A stretch of DNA of 64,000 nucleotides from Candidatus Hydrogenedentota bacterium (lineage in GTDB: Bacteria > Hydrogenedentota > Hydrogenedentia > Hydrogenedentales > SLHB01), in NCBI GenBank assembly GCA_963745075.1, contig CAVUWV010000011.1, positions 1 to 64,000 on the forward strand, read 5' to 3'. Numbering within the stretch: the first letter of the stretch is position 1; every line of letters begins with the position of its first letter. Shown one piece after another: positions 1 through 10,173 of the stretch. A program made the position numbers and the translations under genes. The notes beneath the pieces are model-generated. The model was not told where the DNA came from. It ran no database searches and saw only the letters and a program-made list of their open reading frames with translations.

Positions 1-272
1 CCCGGTTCCAGCGAGCACGACATCAAGGTCAACTTGGAAGGACAGACGTTAACCGTCAGTGGCACGCGGTCCGATACCCAGGCTCAGAAGAAGGACGGCA
101 AAGTCTTGCGCCAGGAACGGGTCGTCGGCCAGTTCGAACGCAGCATGAACTTGCCCGAACCCGTCGATGACAGTGCCATGACAAGCAGCTATAAGGACGG
201 TGTCTTCACCATCACCCTGCCAAACTGCACTCGACCTTCCATCAACCCAGCGAAAGCGTCCGAATGCAGTAA
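1..272 (+). CDS. Hsp20/alpha-crystallin small heat-shock protein, 3' part (5' truncated; probable indel near 223)
   Basis: Frame 1 reads PGSSEHDIKVNLEGQTLTVSG...RQERVVGQFERSMNLPEPVD...SYKDGVFTITLP, a typical alpha-crystallin domain. As given it runs on to 774 into the next gene; adding one A at 222-224 gives LPKLHSTFHQPSESVRMQ* ending at 272. Confidence 0.85.
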
Positions 273-307
273 CGGCAGGTTTTGCAGAATAGAGCGTGAA
301 ACCGCGA

Positions 308-341
308 AAGGCGCCTCCGGACCAAGAGCCGGAGGCGCCTT
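308..341. terminator. Perfect 13-bp GC-rich hairpin after Hsp20 (terminator-like, no clear U-tract)
   Basis: AAGGCGCCTCCGG (308-320), 8-nt loop, CCGGAGGCGCCTT (329-341). Confidence 0.55.
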
Positions 342-535
342 CGGTATTCAGACGGACGCAATTGCTTGTTCCTTCATTCGCCACCGGCGCGCGTTTGGAA
401 ACGCGTTGCCAATTCTCCGCGGCAAAACTTCCTTCGTATTGCGACGCTCCGTGAACGGAATGCGCTCTGCGTTTTCTCCATATCGCGTCGATATACGGTT
501 AGAATACAACAGCGTGAGCTGGAAGGAAGACATCA

Positions 536-3209
536 ATGCATACGAGCGACGCGGAACTCTGGGAACGGTGGCGGTCCGAGCGAGATGTGGACGCCTTCAT
601 GGAATTGGTATTGCGCCATACTGGCATGGTGTACACCACGTGCAAACGCGTGCTCGGGAACGCGGCAGACGCGGAAGACTTGACACAGGAGTGTTTTGTC
701 GAGCTGATGAAGGCGCACGTCCGGGTTCAGGATTCCCTCGCGCCGTGGCTCCACACGGTTGCCTTTCGACGTAGCATTGACAAGACAAAGACGGAGGGGC
801 GGCGCAAACAACGCGAAGAGCGTTACGCGAAATCGATCGGGCAACTCCGCGAAGCAACTGCCGAGGATATGCTCGCGCACGTAGATGAAGCGATTGCGGC
901 GCTGCCTGAGACAATGCGCACTGCGATCGTGGAACGGTTCCTTGAGGGAAAAACCCATCAACAGGTTGCGGATGCGCTTGCGATCTCAGAATCCACCGTA
1001 CGATACCGGATCAACCAAGGACTTGAACGGATTCGCGACACACTCAGAAAGCGTGGGGTTGCACTCAGCGCGGCCGTCGTCATCGGCATTCTGGAAACGC
1101 GGGTTGCCCAGGCTGCACCACCGGGCTTGACGGCATCGATCGCGAAGATGGCGATAGCCCACTCCAAAGTCCCCGTGGCGGGCGCTGCAACAGGCGTCAA
1201 CGGAATCGTTGTCAAGATGTCTACGGTTCTTGTCGGGCTGGTCGCCCTCGTTGGCATAGCCACGTACTTTGGAATGCACAACCGGACTACTTCAACGCCT
1301 GGGCCTCGCGTGGTTGACGCTGTTCCCGAACCCGTAGCGGCGCAGCCATCACCGGTACCGGAGCCCGGCAATACTGGTCCCGCAGCCTTATCCGTGACCA
1401 CCTCCACGGCTGCCGTGACGGAGCCACAGGAACCGGAAACACCGCCGGATGCGGCGATTACGGGTTACGTGGTCGACCAAGGCGGATTTCCCATCGTCGG
1501 AGCGAGAGTGGTCCTCGCCACGTGGGCCAGCGGTTACGATTTCAGGGGAACACAGACGTGGGCAGCGACAACGGACAATACCGGCCACTACGCGTTCACA
1601 GGGTTCACGCACAGTCTGCCTTACGACCGTCTGGTTTTCGCGGACCTGAGTGCTTCCGCACCAGGATTTACTACTGCCGGGAAGCGCGTGAACATTAAGT
1701 ATGGACAGACGATCGACAATGTGGCGTTCACGTTGTCTCCAGGCGCCACGCTCCGCGGAAGAGTGGTCACTCCGAATGGCGCCCCGGTGGCGTTCGCCAC
1801 AGTGAACTGCCGTTCCGCGAATACATCCTCCATCCCATATATCTTCAGCGCAACCGACAAGGAAGGACGATTCCTTCTCGGTTTTCACTCTCCCGGAACC
1901 GCGGCATTGCTGGTCACATCAGCTGAAGAAGGAGAGTCGCTGTTTTACGCTGTACCAGTCGGGACGGAAGCGGAAGTTCCCTTGCAGATGGAACCCTCCG
2001 CATCCCTCGCGGGGCACCTAACCTGGAGCGATGGCACACCCGCGAAAGGGGTGCTCCTGAGTCTCTCCTGCCGGTACCCGGAAACAGAGAAGTCGCCGAA
2101 CTACGCGGACCAGGTTGAGTCGTACAACGCGTTCGAGAATCGGTTGTGCGTACAGTCACCACGCGGAGAGCGGCCCGGATGGTCGTTTTACCTTTGAGTC
2201 ATTTGCACCGGGTCCGGACTTCGTGCTCACCGTAGTTTTTCCGGGCGATGGTCCACTGTTAAAGAAGCTGGCAACCTTTCACGTCGGCCCCATCCATCCA
2301 AATGCAGCCATCACGTGGGATGGAGCGATTCCCGGGAACGCCGATGTTATGAAGATCACGGGGGTGGTCCGAGGACAGCAAACCGGTAATTCGCTTGACA
2401 CAGTCCTGGTTGCGTACAAGCGCCTTGAAAGTGAGGTCCATTCCTGGGCCGCCCCCGATCCGGCAGCCGAGGGCCGCTACGAAATCACTCTCGAGCAACC
2501 GGGAACCTATGTGATCTGGCCCCGGTACAATGGCGTGGACGAGGGCGTCGAAAAGGCGAGGTTGGGGCGCAGAATCACGTGGACGGCCGGGGAACAGCTC
2601 GTCCTCGATTTCAAATTGCCCGAACCGTTCGCGCTGTCGGCGCGGATCGTTGACGTGGACGGAATTCCGATTACCGATGCGAATGTCGACTACGTGCCCA
2701 GTTCCGTTCCCGGCAGTCCGGACGAAGAGGGACGTTGCGGCTGGTCCGGTTTCGCACCGTACCGAGACGGACACATGGTGATCGAGAAGGATGGGTACAT
2801 GACGACCGAAACCGAATCCGTCGTTGGCGAACCCGGTGCCGTCTATCCCGAGGAAACGGTTGTCTTGTACGAAGGCGGCGGAATTGAAGGAGTACTGCTC
2901 TATCCAGACGGCACGCCCGCCACAAACGTACCGATAACTGTCACCTTCGATTCCGAGAATTTCACCTTCCGAAAGAACGGAGTGCAGTTGAACCGGGTGA
3001 AGCAGTCGGCCACGACCCATGCCGACGGGCGATTTGCCTTGGGACAAGGGTATCCCGCGGTCCGCGGTCGCGTCTCTGTGACGGCTTACCAAGGACAGAC
3101 CCGAGTCTACGCGTCTGAGGCCTGCGACGCGGAAGTCTACGCGAGTTCCGTGGTCGATCTTGGGAGTATTGTGCTCAATCGCGTCACGGAAACCCCCACA
3201 GTAGAATAA
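536..3209 (+). CDS. ECF sigma-70 factor fused to a TM helix and ~6 carboxypeptidase-regulatory-like beta-sandwich repeats (split by a frameshift at ~2120-2160)
   Basis: Sigma region 2 (DAEDLTQECF...LAPWL) and region 4 (LPETMRTAIVERFLEGKTHQQVADALAISESTVRYRINQG); TM segment VLVGLVALVGIATYF; Pro-rich linker; repeats ITGYVVDQGG, LRGRVVTPNG, LAGHLTWSDG continue in ORF 2115..3209 (GPDGRFTF, ITGVVRG, LSARIVDVDG, IEGVLLYPDG). Confidence 0.85.
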
Positions 3210-3218
3210 CTCTTCTTC

Positions 3219-4418
3219 TCACCGCAACTTCTCGATGCAGTCGATGAGTGCGGCGCAGATGTATTCGTTGTCGTCGTCGCTCATGGCGGGGTGAATGGGG
3301 ACGCAGAAGAGGCGGCGGCCGAGTTCTTCGGATAGCGGCAGGCGCTGCCCCTTCGTATGGTCTGCGAGGAGCTTGCGCTTCTCGTACACGGGCGGGTTGG
3401 CGATGACGCACTTGATGTTGTGCTCGTCATCGAGCATCTTCATGATCTGGTCGCGCTTTTCGCCCTGCCATTCGTTCTTCACGAGGATGGTGTAGAGGTA
3501 GTAGCTGTGTTCGCAGTCCTCGGGTTCGTAGGGCAAGGTAATCTCCTCGATGCCGTCGAGCAGTTCATCGCGGCGCTTCGCCAGACGGCGGCGCGAAGCG
3601 ATAAACCCATCGAGCTTGCTCAACTGGACAAGCCCCACGGCGGCCTGCACCTTCGTCATCACGTTGGAGGTACCCCACACGTCCGTATCCATACCGTAAA
3701 AGCGGGAGGACCGGCAGAACGCGGCGATGTCGTCATCGTCGGTGGTGACCATGCCGCCTTCGCCAAGGGTACACATGTTCTTCATCGTGTGGAAAGAAAA
3801 CACGGTCATGAGACCGGCCTTGCCGATCTTTTCGCCTTTGTACGAACCGCCGCAGGCACGCGCCGCGTCGCCAATCACCGCAAGGGGACCGTGTTTCTCG
3901 TGAGGATGGCGCTTAGCGATTTCGAAGTAGTCGTCCATGGGCGCGGCGAGGCCGTTCATGTGCACGGGGAAGATGGCGCGGGTGCGTGGCGTGATGCGTT
4001 TCTCCACATCGTTCGGGTCGAGTTGCAGCGTCACAGGGTCCACCTCGCCCCAGACGATCTGGCCGCCCGCGCCCATCACGGCCAACGGCGAGGCGACAAA
4101 ATTCACGGCCGGCACGATAACTTCATCGCCAGGTTGCAGATTCAGGTACCGCATCGACATGTCGAGCCCGGGTCCCGCGCTGTTCAGTGCCACGGCGTGC
4201 TTCGTGCCGCAGTACTCGGCGAAAGCTTTTTCGAAGTCCGGAATCGGCGGCGCCGAGAATCCGAAGCCTTTACTCGGCGTCATGGAATCGCGCATGGCGG
4301 CCACCGCCGCCTCGATCTCTTCCTCGCCGTAGCTGCCGCCCAGCAGGGGTTCGCCTTCCCACGCCAGGGAGGTCTTACCTCGTTTCAAGATTTCGGTCCG
4401 CGCGTCGGCTGTAATCAT
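3219..4418 (-). CDS. DegT/DnrJ/EryC1/StrS family PLP-dependent aminotransferase
   Basis: FEKAFAEYCGTKHAVALNSAG, PGDEVIVPAVNFVAS, TPRTRAIFPVHMNG, and the PLP-lysine motif SFHTMKNMCTLGEGGMVTT. Confidence 0.92.
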   Translation of the reverse strand: MITADARTEILKRGKTSLAWEGEPLLGGSYGEEEIEAAVAAMRDSMTPSKGFGFSAPPIPDFEKAFAEYCGTKHAVALNSAGPGLDMSMRYLNLQPGDEVIVPAVNFVASPLAVMGAGGQIVWGEVDPVTLQLDPNDVEKRITPRTRAIFPVHMNGLAAPMDDYFEIAKRHPHEKHGPLAVIGDAARACGGSYKGEKIGKAGLMTVFSFHTMKNMCTLGEGGMVTTDDDDIAAFCRSSRFYGMDTDVWGTSNVMTKVQAAVGLVQLSKLDGFIASRRRLAKRRDELLDGIEEITLPYEPEDCEHSYYLYTILVKNEWQGEKRDQIMKMLDDEHNIKCVIANPPVYEKRKLLADHTKGQRLPLSEELGRRLFCVPIHPAMSDDDNEYICAALIDCIEKLR

Positions 4419-4549
4419 GAGTCAAATACTCTCGTTGGTTGGTTGCTTAATTCAAACTTACTGGGAAGCATCGTGCCATCCTCTGACCGCGAACGCAACC
4501 CACGGCCCCTCCAGAATCCGTTGGCGCACAGAATGACCGGAGGGCGCGG

Positions 4550-6025
4550 CTACGGTTCGAATGCGAATGCGAAGAGGTCTGCGTCCGCCATTTCGAATTC
4601 CAACGAAACGGGATGTGTGCGGTTGGAGGGCAAGACGTTGTCCTGCCAGCGCACACCCTGGCGTAATCCGTCCCCCGTCACGGGCTGACAGTCGTCGAAA
4701 CTGAACCCCGTGAGAATCTCATTGGACATGGCGTCGCGGAGTTGCACGCGGATTTGGCCCTTCAGGGCGGCGTTTAGAGTCAGATTCTTGGTGTTGGCGG
4801 CCAGCCGGAACGGCACGGTACGCAGCGTGCCGAGTGTCGTCCCCGTCGCGCGGCGGGCCGCGTAGCGATCCAGCGGCATGCGCACCAGGCCGATCTGCCG
4901 TTCCTCGAAGCGGTTCATCTTGTGTCCCTGCTTGTAGCCACCGTAGTAGAGATAGACTTGGTCGCCGACGATGAGTTGCTCATCGATCCACGCGTGGGCG
5001 TGATCCCAGGCGGCCGGATTGTCGTCGGGTTCGAAGAATCGCTCACGGTCGCGCACCCAGGTGCGGCCGTCGCGGCTCCAGGCCAGCGAGGTGTGGGCGC
5101 GGCCGAAACTGCCTTCCGCGGTATCGGTCGCCCGGAGGTCGTCGCGCAAAACTTTCACCATCCCGATGCGGAGCATTCCGCGCGTGAGGTAGCCGTCCAT
5201 GGCGTAGAATTGCGTCTCCCCGTCGTCGAGGGCGTCATTCGCGGTCAGGATGTACCACGGCTCGTCCCAATGGACGAGGTCATCGCTCAAGCTCATCATC
5301 GTCGTGCGCCGTTTGCCCGACCACGTTGGACCTTCAACGTAAGTTGATACGGTCGCCATGTATTGCTTCCGCACCGGGTCCCAGTCGATCCCATCGATGT
5401 CGTGGTTGTGGTGGATCACTTCACCGGCAACCAGTGGCTTCCACACGATGCCATCCGGCGACGCAAGAATCCGCATGCCCTCTCCCAGGTAATAGCTGTA
5501 CACGTAGCGCGTTGATGGGTCGGGATAGTCCGGGCCGCGATCGATGACCTCGGACCCAAACTGGATCTCCGGCGTGCCGCACACGGTATGCGGGCGTTGG
5601 AAGTGGATCCCATCATCGGACTCCATCGTGCACAGTTGCGAACGGTCGGTTCGCTTATCGTCACGGAACGCGCCGTACCAGATGCGGAACTTCTGCGTCT
5701 CCGGATCGCGCAACACGGTCAAGTAAGGTTGGAAATTGTGGTCATCCTCCGCATTGACGATGGGGTTCGGGATCGACGGTTCACGCTGCGGCTGGACAAT
5801 GACGCGCTCCACGTGTTCGCTGTTCGCGATCAAATAATCATCGATGAGTAAATGCGGACCGGGTAGCGCAGGAATCGGCAGATCGGCTGCGGGCGCGGAC
5901 CCCGGTATCCCGTCCGCGGGCTGGTAGATGACCGACCGATCTTCGCGGTCCGGCGCCGAGCCGTCCTGAGCGATGGCGAGATGTACTACGAAGAGCACTG
6001 AAATGACCGCAGCAATTCGACTCAT
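4550..6025 (-). CDS. Secreted hypothetical protein, probable five-bladed beta-propeller glycoside-hydrolase-like fold
   Basis: Signal peptide MSRIAAVISVLFVVHLAIA (ATG at 6025); repeated SxDGxxW-type motifs (ESDDGIHF, ASPDGIVW, LSDDLVHW, WSRDGRTW); C-terminal GFSFDDCQPVTGD...W domain. Confidence 0.7.
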   Translation of the reverse strand: MSRIAAVISVLFVVHLAIAQDGSAPDREDRSVIYQPADGIPGSAPAADLPIPALPGPHLLIDDYLIANSEHVERVIVQPQREPSIPNPIVNAEDDHNFQPYLTVLRDPETQKFRIWYGAFRDDKRTDRSQLCTMESDDGIHFQRPHTVCGTPEIQFGSEVIDRGPDYPDPSTRYVYSYYLGEGMRILASPDGIVWKPLVAGEVIHHNHDIDGIDWDPVRKQYMATVSTYVEGPTWSGKRRTTMMSLSDDLVHWDEPWYILTANDALDDGETQFYAMDGYLTRGMLRIGMVKVLRDDLRATDTAEGSFGRAHTSLAWSRDGRTWVRDRERFFEPDDNPAAWDHAHAWIDEQLIVGDQVYLYYGGYKQGHKMNRFEERQIGLVRMPLDRYAARRATGTTLGTLRTVPFRLAANTKNLTLNAALKGQIRVQLRDAMSNEILTGFSFDDCQPVTGDGLRQGVRWQDNVLPSNRTHPVSLEFEMADADLFAFAFEP

Positions 6026-6114
6026 GGAGCATTCCTCCCAATCGGCTTTGGATTGGATGACAGTGTACAGGATATGGCCGGAGGGATAGGAGGGGAGAAT
6101 GTCAGCGGTGTGGG

Positions 6115-6561
6115 TCAGCCGTTGTTGACGCAGCGGGCCATCAGCGTGGGTGTGTCGAAGCAACGGATTCCCGACTTCGCGAGGTGGGCGATGGCCCGAT
6201 CCGGTTCCTGAAACCGGAACACCAGCACGGCTTTACCACCCGCGCCGAAGGTAAAGGCGTACATGTATTCCACGCTCAATCCGCCGCGATCGAGGATCGC
6301 CAGCATGTCGGCAAGACCACCCGGACGGTCATCGACCTCCAGCGCGATCACTTCCACGACGTTTACCACCAAGCCTTCCGTTTCGAGCACGTCCTTCGCC
6401 CGTCGCCAGTCGTCCACGATGAAATGCACGATGCCAAAATCTCGGGTGTCAGCTAGGGATAGCGTGAGGATATTGATGCCCGCGTCGGCGAGGGCCCGGC
6501 ATGGCGCCATAAGGCTTCCCGGCTTGTTCTCGATGAAGATGGAGATTTGATGGATCTTCAT
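6115..6561 (-). CDS. ACT-domain (amino-acid-binding) protein
   Basis: QISIFIENKPGSL...AGINILTLSLADTRDFGIV and a second ACT repeat VDDRPGGLA...VEYMYAF; commonly found next to paaK. Confidence 0.92.
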   Translation of the reverse strand: MKIHQISIFIENKPGSLMAPCRALADAGINILTLSLADTRDFGIVHFIVDDWRRAKDVLETEGLVVNVVEVIALEVDDRPGGLADMLAILDRGGLSVEYMYAFTFGAGGKAVLVFRFQEPDRAIAHLAKSGIRCFDTPTLMARCVNNG

Positions 6562-6564
6562 GGC

Positions 6565-7905
6565 TTATTGCTCCGGGCGTTGCCGTCGATCGATGACGCG
6601 TTGAGCTTTCCCGTCGCTTCGGGTGATGGTGCTGGGTTGGACGAGCCGCACGTGGACGCGCAGGCCGGTCGCGCGCTCGATGGCGTTTGCCAAGTCCTCT
6701 TGAAGCGATTCCATTGCGCCGACGGTGTCGCTGAACACATCCGCGGTGACCTCCACTTGGACCTCAATCTGGTCCAGCGTGCCGTCGTTGGTCAGGATGA
6801 GTTGGTAGTGCGGCAGCGTGCCCTCGGCTTCGAGGAGTGCGACTTCAATCTGGGACGGAAACAGATTGACGCCACGTACGATCAGCATGTCGTCGCTGCG
6901 GCGGCTGATGCGCCGGATGCGACGAAGCGTGCGGCCGCAAGCGCACGGCTCCGGATAGATCGCGGTTATGTCGCGGGTGCGATAGCGGATCATCGGCATG
7001 GCCCGCTTGCTCAGGGTCGTCAGGACCAGTTCCCCTTCTACTCCGTCCGGCACCGGCTGGAGGGTCTCGGGATTGATGATCTCGGGGTAGAAGAAGTCTT
7101 CAAAAACATGGAGACCCACCTGGCAGAAACACTCGGCGCCGACGCCCGGCCCGATGATTTCCGTGAGACCGTAGATGTCGTAGGCCTTGATGGATGCGGC
7201 AACCTCGATACGCCTGCGCATTGCATCCGTCCAGGGTTCCGCGCCGAAAATGCCAACGGCGAGGGGCAACGACTTCATGTCGATTCCCAATTCGCCGGCA
7301 CGTTCGATAAGCCGGAGGAAATAGCTTGGCGTGCAACAAATCGCGGTGACCCCGAAATCGCGGAGGACGGTCAGTTGCCGGTCCGTATTGCCGCCGGAAG
7401 TAGGGATGACCGTCGCGCCAAGGGCTTCAACGCCGTAATGCGCGCCCAGTCCTCCCGTGAACAATCCATATCCGTAAGAGTTTTGGATGATGTCGCCCCG
7501 ATGCAACCCGTACGATGCAAAGGCTCGCACCATGGCGTTGGACCAGACTTCGAGGTCTTCTCGGGTATACCCGACGACAATGGGTTTTCCGGTGGTGCCG
7601 CTCGACGCGTGCAACCGCACGATCTCCTCCATAGGGCTCGCGAACAGTCCGAAAGGATAGGTGTCGCGTAGGTCCTCTTTCCCGGAGAAGGGCAACTGCA
7701 CAATGTCGTCGAGGGATTGGATGTCGATGGGAGTAATCTCGCGTTGCAACATACGGCTCCGGAACAGTTCGACCCGTTCGAAAGCGCGGGCGACTGTATC
7801 GCGCAGCCGGTCCAGTTGCAAGGCGCGCAGATGCTCCTCGGACAGAAAGTCCGGAGCGCTGAGCGGATGAAATCGCTGAGCTGCGGCCATGGTCAACGTC
7901 TTCAT
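6565..7905 (-). CDS. paaK: Phenylacetate--CoA ligase (start may be 7890, 7905 or 7923)
   Basis: DLRDTYPFGLFA, RLHASSGTTGKP, YGYGLFTGGLGAHYG, GAEPWT, YGLTEIIGPGV, RYRTRD, DDMLIVRGVN. Confidence 0.93.
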   Translation of the reverse strand: MKTLTMAAAQRFHPLSAPDFLSEEHLRALQLDRLRDTVARAFERVELFRSRMLQREITPIDIQSLDDIVQLPFSGKEDLRDTYPFGLFASPMEEIVRLHASSGTTGKPIVVGYTREDLEVWSNAMVRAFASYGLHRGDIIQNSYGYGLFTGGLGAHYGVEALGATVIPTSGGNTDRQLTVLRDFGVTAICCTPSYFLRLIERAGELGIDMKSLPLAVGIFGAEPWTDAMRRRIEVAASIKAYDIYGLTEIIGPGVGAECFCQVGLHVFEDFFYPEIINPETLQPVPDGVEGELVLTTLSKRAMPMIRYRTRDITAIYPEPCACGRTLRRIRRISRRSDDMLIVRGVNLFPSQIEVALLEAEGTLPHYQLILTNDGTLDQIEVQVEVTADVFSDTVGAMESLQEDLANAIERATGLRVHVRLVQPSTITRSDGKAQRVIDRRQRPEQ

Positions 7906-7943
7906 GTCTTGTGGGTCCCCCATCCCTGTACGCTTGTAGAATA

Positions 7944-8450
7944 TCACGCGAAACGCCGTCCGAGCCGAAAAACTTCGCGGTTCTGCTCCACCGCATTGGC
8001 AGGCACATGCGCGACTATAGCCGATTCCCATTCATCATCTGGGAAAGGCAGATGAACGCTTACCATCCCCAGGAGCGCTACGTTGAAATTGCGCGTTGTG
8101 AGGGGCAGGTCGCGCTCGTCCAGGTCAGTCATGGGCCCGTGAATCACGGCGAGGGGATGCGGCGTGACGATCGTCCCGTCGGCGCGCAGGTGATATCGGC
8201 TGCGCTCCACCTCGGATTCGTCCAGCGCCACGAGGAGATCGGCCTCGCCTTCCGGCACCATGGGACTGAACACCTTATCGCCGAACCGGACTTCACTCAG
8301 TACCGAGCCGCCACGCTGGCTCATGCCGTGGACTTCACTCTTCTTCACGTCGAAGCCTGCGCGTAACGCGCACGTGGCGAGTATGTCGGACGCCGTGATG
8401 ACGCCCATGCCCCCGAGCCCGGCGAAGACCACGTTTGTAACTGTGCCCAT
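7944..8450 (-). CDS. iorB: Indolepyruvate:ferredoxin oxidoreductase beta subunit
   Basis: AGLGGMGVITAS, DVKKSEVHGMSQRGGSVLSEVRFG. Confidence 0.92.
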   Translation of the reverse strand: MGTVTNVVFAGLGGMGVITASDILATCALRAGFDVKKSEVHGMSQRGGSVLSEVRFGDKVFSPMVPEGEADLLVALDESEVERSRYHLRADGTIVTPHPLAVIHGPMTDLDERDLPLTTRNFNVALLGMVSVHLPFPDDEWESAIVAHVPANAVEQNREVFRLGRRFA

Positions 8451-9999
8451 GCCGATTTCCTACTTCAATCAGCCGGCACGGTTGGCGCATTACGATGACG
8501 GACAGCTCGTTCTTGGCCATCGCGTCCGTGACTGCCCGTTCCAGGGCTTGTCCGAATTCGACCACGGTCACATTGGGCACACCCATGGCGCGGACGACCT
8601 CCTCGGGAAAAATTCGGGGGGCAGGACTATGATTCAACGCGCGTCCTGTGCCGGAGTGTTCCTGCATACCGGTCATGGCGGTGGTGCCGTTGTCGAGAAC
8701 GATTACGACGTGCCCGGTCCGCGGCGGGCTGTAGACCATTTCGGCAATGCCGGTTAGGCCCGAGTGAAAGAAGGTGCTGTCCCCGATTACGCTCACCACT
8801 CGCCGCGCTTCCTCGTCGTGAAGGACATGCCGCAGACCCAGCCCCACCCCGATGCTCGCGCCCATGCAAAGCTGCGTGTCCATGGCTTCGAAGGGAGGCA
8901 GCGCTGCGAGAGTGTAACAGCCGATATCGCCGGCCACGATGCAGTTCAAGCGGTCGAGCACGTTGAAGGACATGCGGTGCGGGCACCCCGCGCACAACTC
9001 GGGCGGTTTCCCGCCGTTTCGTTCGGGTTCGGGCGAGTTGTCGCGGGCGAGAATGCGGCGGACTCGACCCACGTTGAGTTCGCCGAAGCGGTGCGGTTCC
9101 GGTTTGTCTTGGACCGCGATTCCAGCGGTCCGCACGGATTCCACAAGATAAGGGTCGCCCTCTTCGATGACGATGCAACGCTCGACCGATGCCGCGAACG
9201 TGCGAATCCGTTCCAATGGAAGCGGGTATGTCATCCCAAGTTTGAGGAAGGTTGCGTTGGGCGCGGCTTCGCGCGCGTGCATATATGCGACTCCCGACGT
9301 GATGACGCCAAGGGACGGATCGCCCTGCGTTGTCTCGTTGAACGACGAGGTTTCGTTCCATTCCTGTAATTCATGGAGGCGATTGCGGAGCCGCCGGTGT
9401 GCGGGGCGTGCGTGCGCGGGAATCATCACGCGGCGCGGGATGTCCCGGCGATAGTGGGTATCCGGCCGGGGTCGTCGTTCCTTGCGGACGCGCACGACAC
9501 TTTTGGAATGGCAGATCCGCGTCGTGACCCGCAACATGACAGGCAGCTTCCACCGTTCGGAAAGGGCGAAAGCTTCCCACGCGAAATCGTAGGCTTCCTG
9601 AGAATCGCTAGGCTCGAGCATGGGGACGCCCGCAGCCAGCGCGTAGCGGCGGCTGTCCTGCTCGTTCTGGCTCGATGCCATCCCCGGATCGTCCGCGCAT
9701 ACGACTACCAGTGCGCCATCGACGCCCGTGAACGCCGCAGAAAAGAACGGGTCGGCGGCGACATTCAGTCCCACATGCTTCATGGTCACCAGTACACGTC
9801 CGTTGGCAAAGGCGACGCCGATCCCCACTTCGAGCGCGACTTTTTCGTTGGGTGCCCATTGCGCCTTGCTCCCCAGGGCGTCCAGACACTCCAGGATTTC
9901 CGACGAAGGGGTTCCGGGATAGCCCGTCCCCATGGATACCCCGGCGTGATGTGCGGCGTGGGCGATTGCCTCATTCCCGCTGAGCAGGATGCGGTCCAC
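8335..9999 (-). CDS. iorA: Indolepyruvate:ferredoxin oxidoreductase alpha subunit (true stop probably 8460 after correcting an indel)
   Basis: LSGNEAIA, GYPGTPSSEI, WAPNEKVALE, MKHVGLNVAAD, SSQNEQD, LCAGCPHR, GDIGCYTL, and the TPP-binding motif GDSTFFHSG...LDNGTTAMTG. Confidence 0.93.
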   Translation of the reverse strand: MDRILLSGNEAIAHAAHHAGVSMGTGYPGTPSSEILECLDALGSKAQWAPNEKVALEVGIGVAFANGRVLVTMKHVGLNVAADPFFSAAFTGVDGALVVVCADDPGMASSQNEQDSRRYALAAGVPMLEPSDSQEAYDFAWEAFALSERWKLPVMLRVTTRICHSKSVVRVRKERRPRPDTHYRRDIPRRVMIPAHARPAHRRLRNRLHELQEWNETSSFNETTQGDPSLGVITSGVAYMHAREAAPNATFLKLGMTYPLPLERIRTFAASVERCIVIEEGDPYLVESVRTAGIAVQDKPEPHRFGELNVGRVRRILARDNSPEPERNGGKPPELCAGCPHRMSFNVLDRLNCIVAGDIGCYTLAALPPFEAMDTQLCMGASIGVGLGLRHVLHDEEARRVVSVIGDSTFFHSGLTGIAEMVYSPPRTGHVVIVLDNGTTAMTGMQEHSGTGRALNHSPAPRIFPEEVVRAMGVPNVTVVEFGQALERAVTDAMAKNELSVIVMRQPCRLIEVGNRHGHSYKRGLRRARGHGRHHGVRHTRHVRVTRRLRREEE

Positions 10000-10020
10000 T
10001 GCGAAATACTTCCTTCCCCC

Positions 10021-10126
10021 GGACGATAGGCCCAGGGACAGCCACCAGGGAGGTGTGAGGCTTAACAGCGAGGCATATGCTGCTGGGATCTATGGGTCCT
10101 GGTGACTGTCCCTCGGCCAACCGTCC
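10021..10126. repeat. Imperfect 29-bp inverted repeat (REP-like, GGTGNCTGTCCC core) in the iorA leader
   Basis: 10021-10049 GGACGATAGGCCCAGGGACAGCCACCAGG matches the reverse complement of 10098-10126 at 25 of 29 positions. Confidence 0.75.
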
Positions 10127-10173
10127 ACCAGCCGCGGGTCTTCTGCAAAAACGACTGCCGATTTCCCCCGGTA

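Noticed and set aside
273..774. Hsp20 with a long C-terminal extension overlapping the sigma factor
   Set aside because: The extension is not protein-like, crosses a hairpin and overlaps the next gene by 239 nt; a single-base indel explains it better.
2115..2197. Programmed ribosomal frameshift in the ECF gene or the other split genes
   Set aside because: No slippery heptamer or stimulatory structure seen; the same +1 pattern recurs in unrelated genes.
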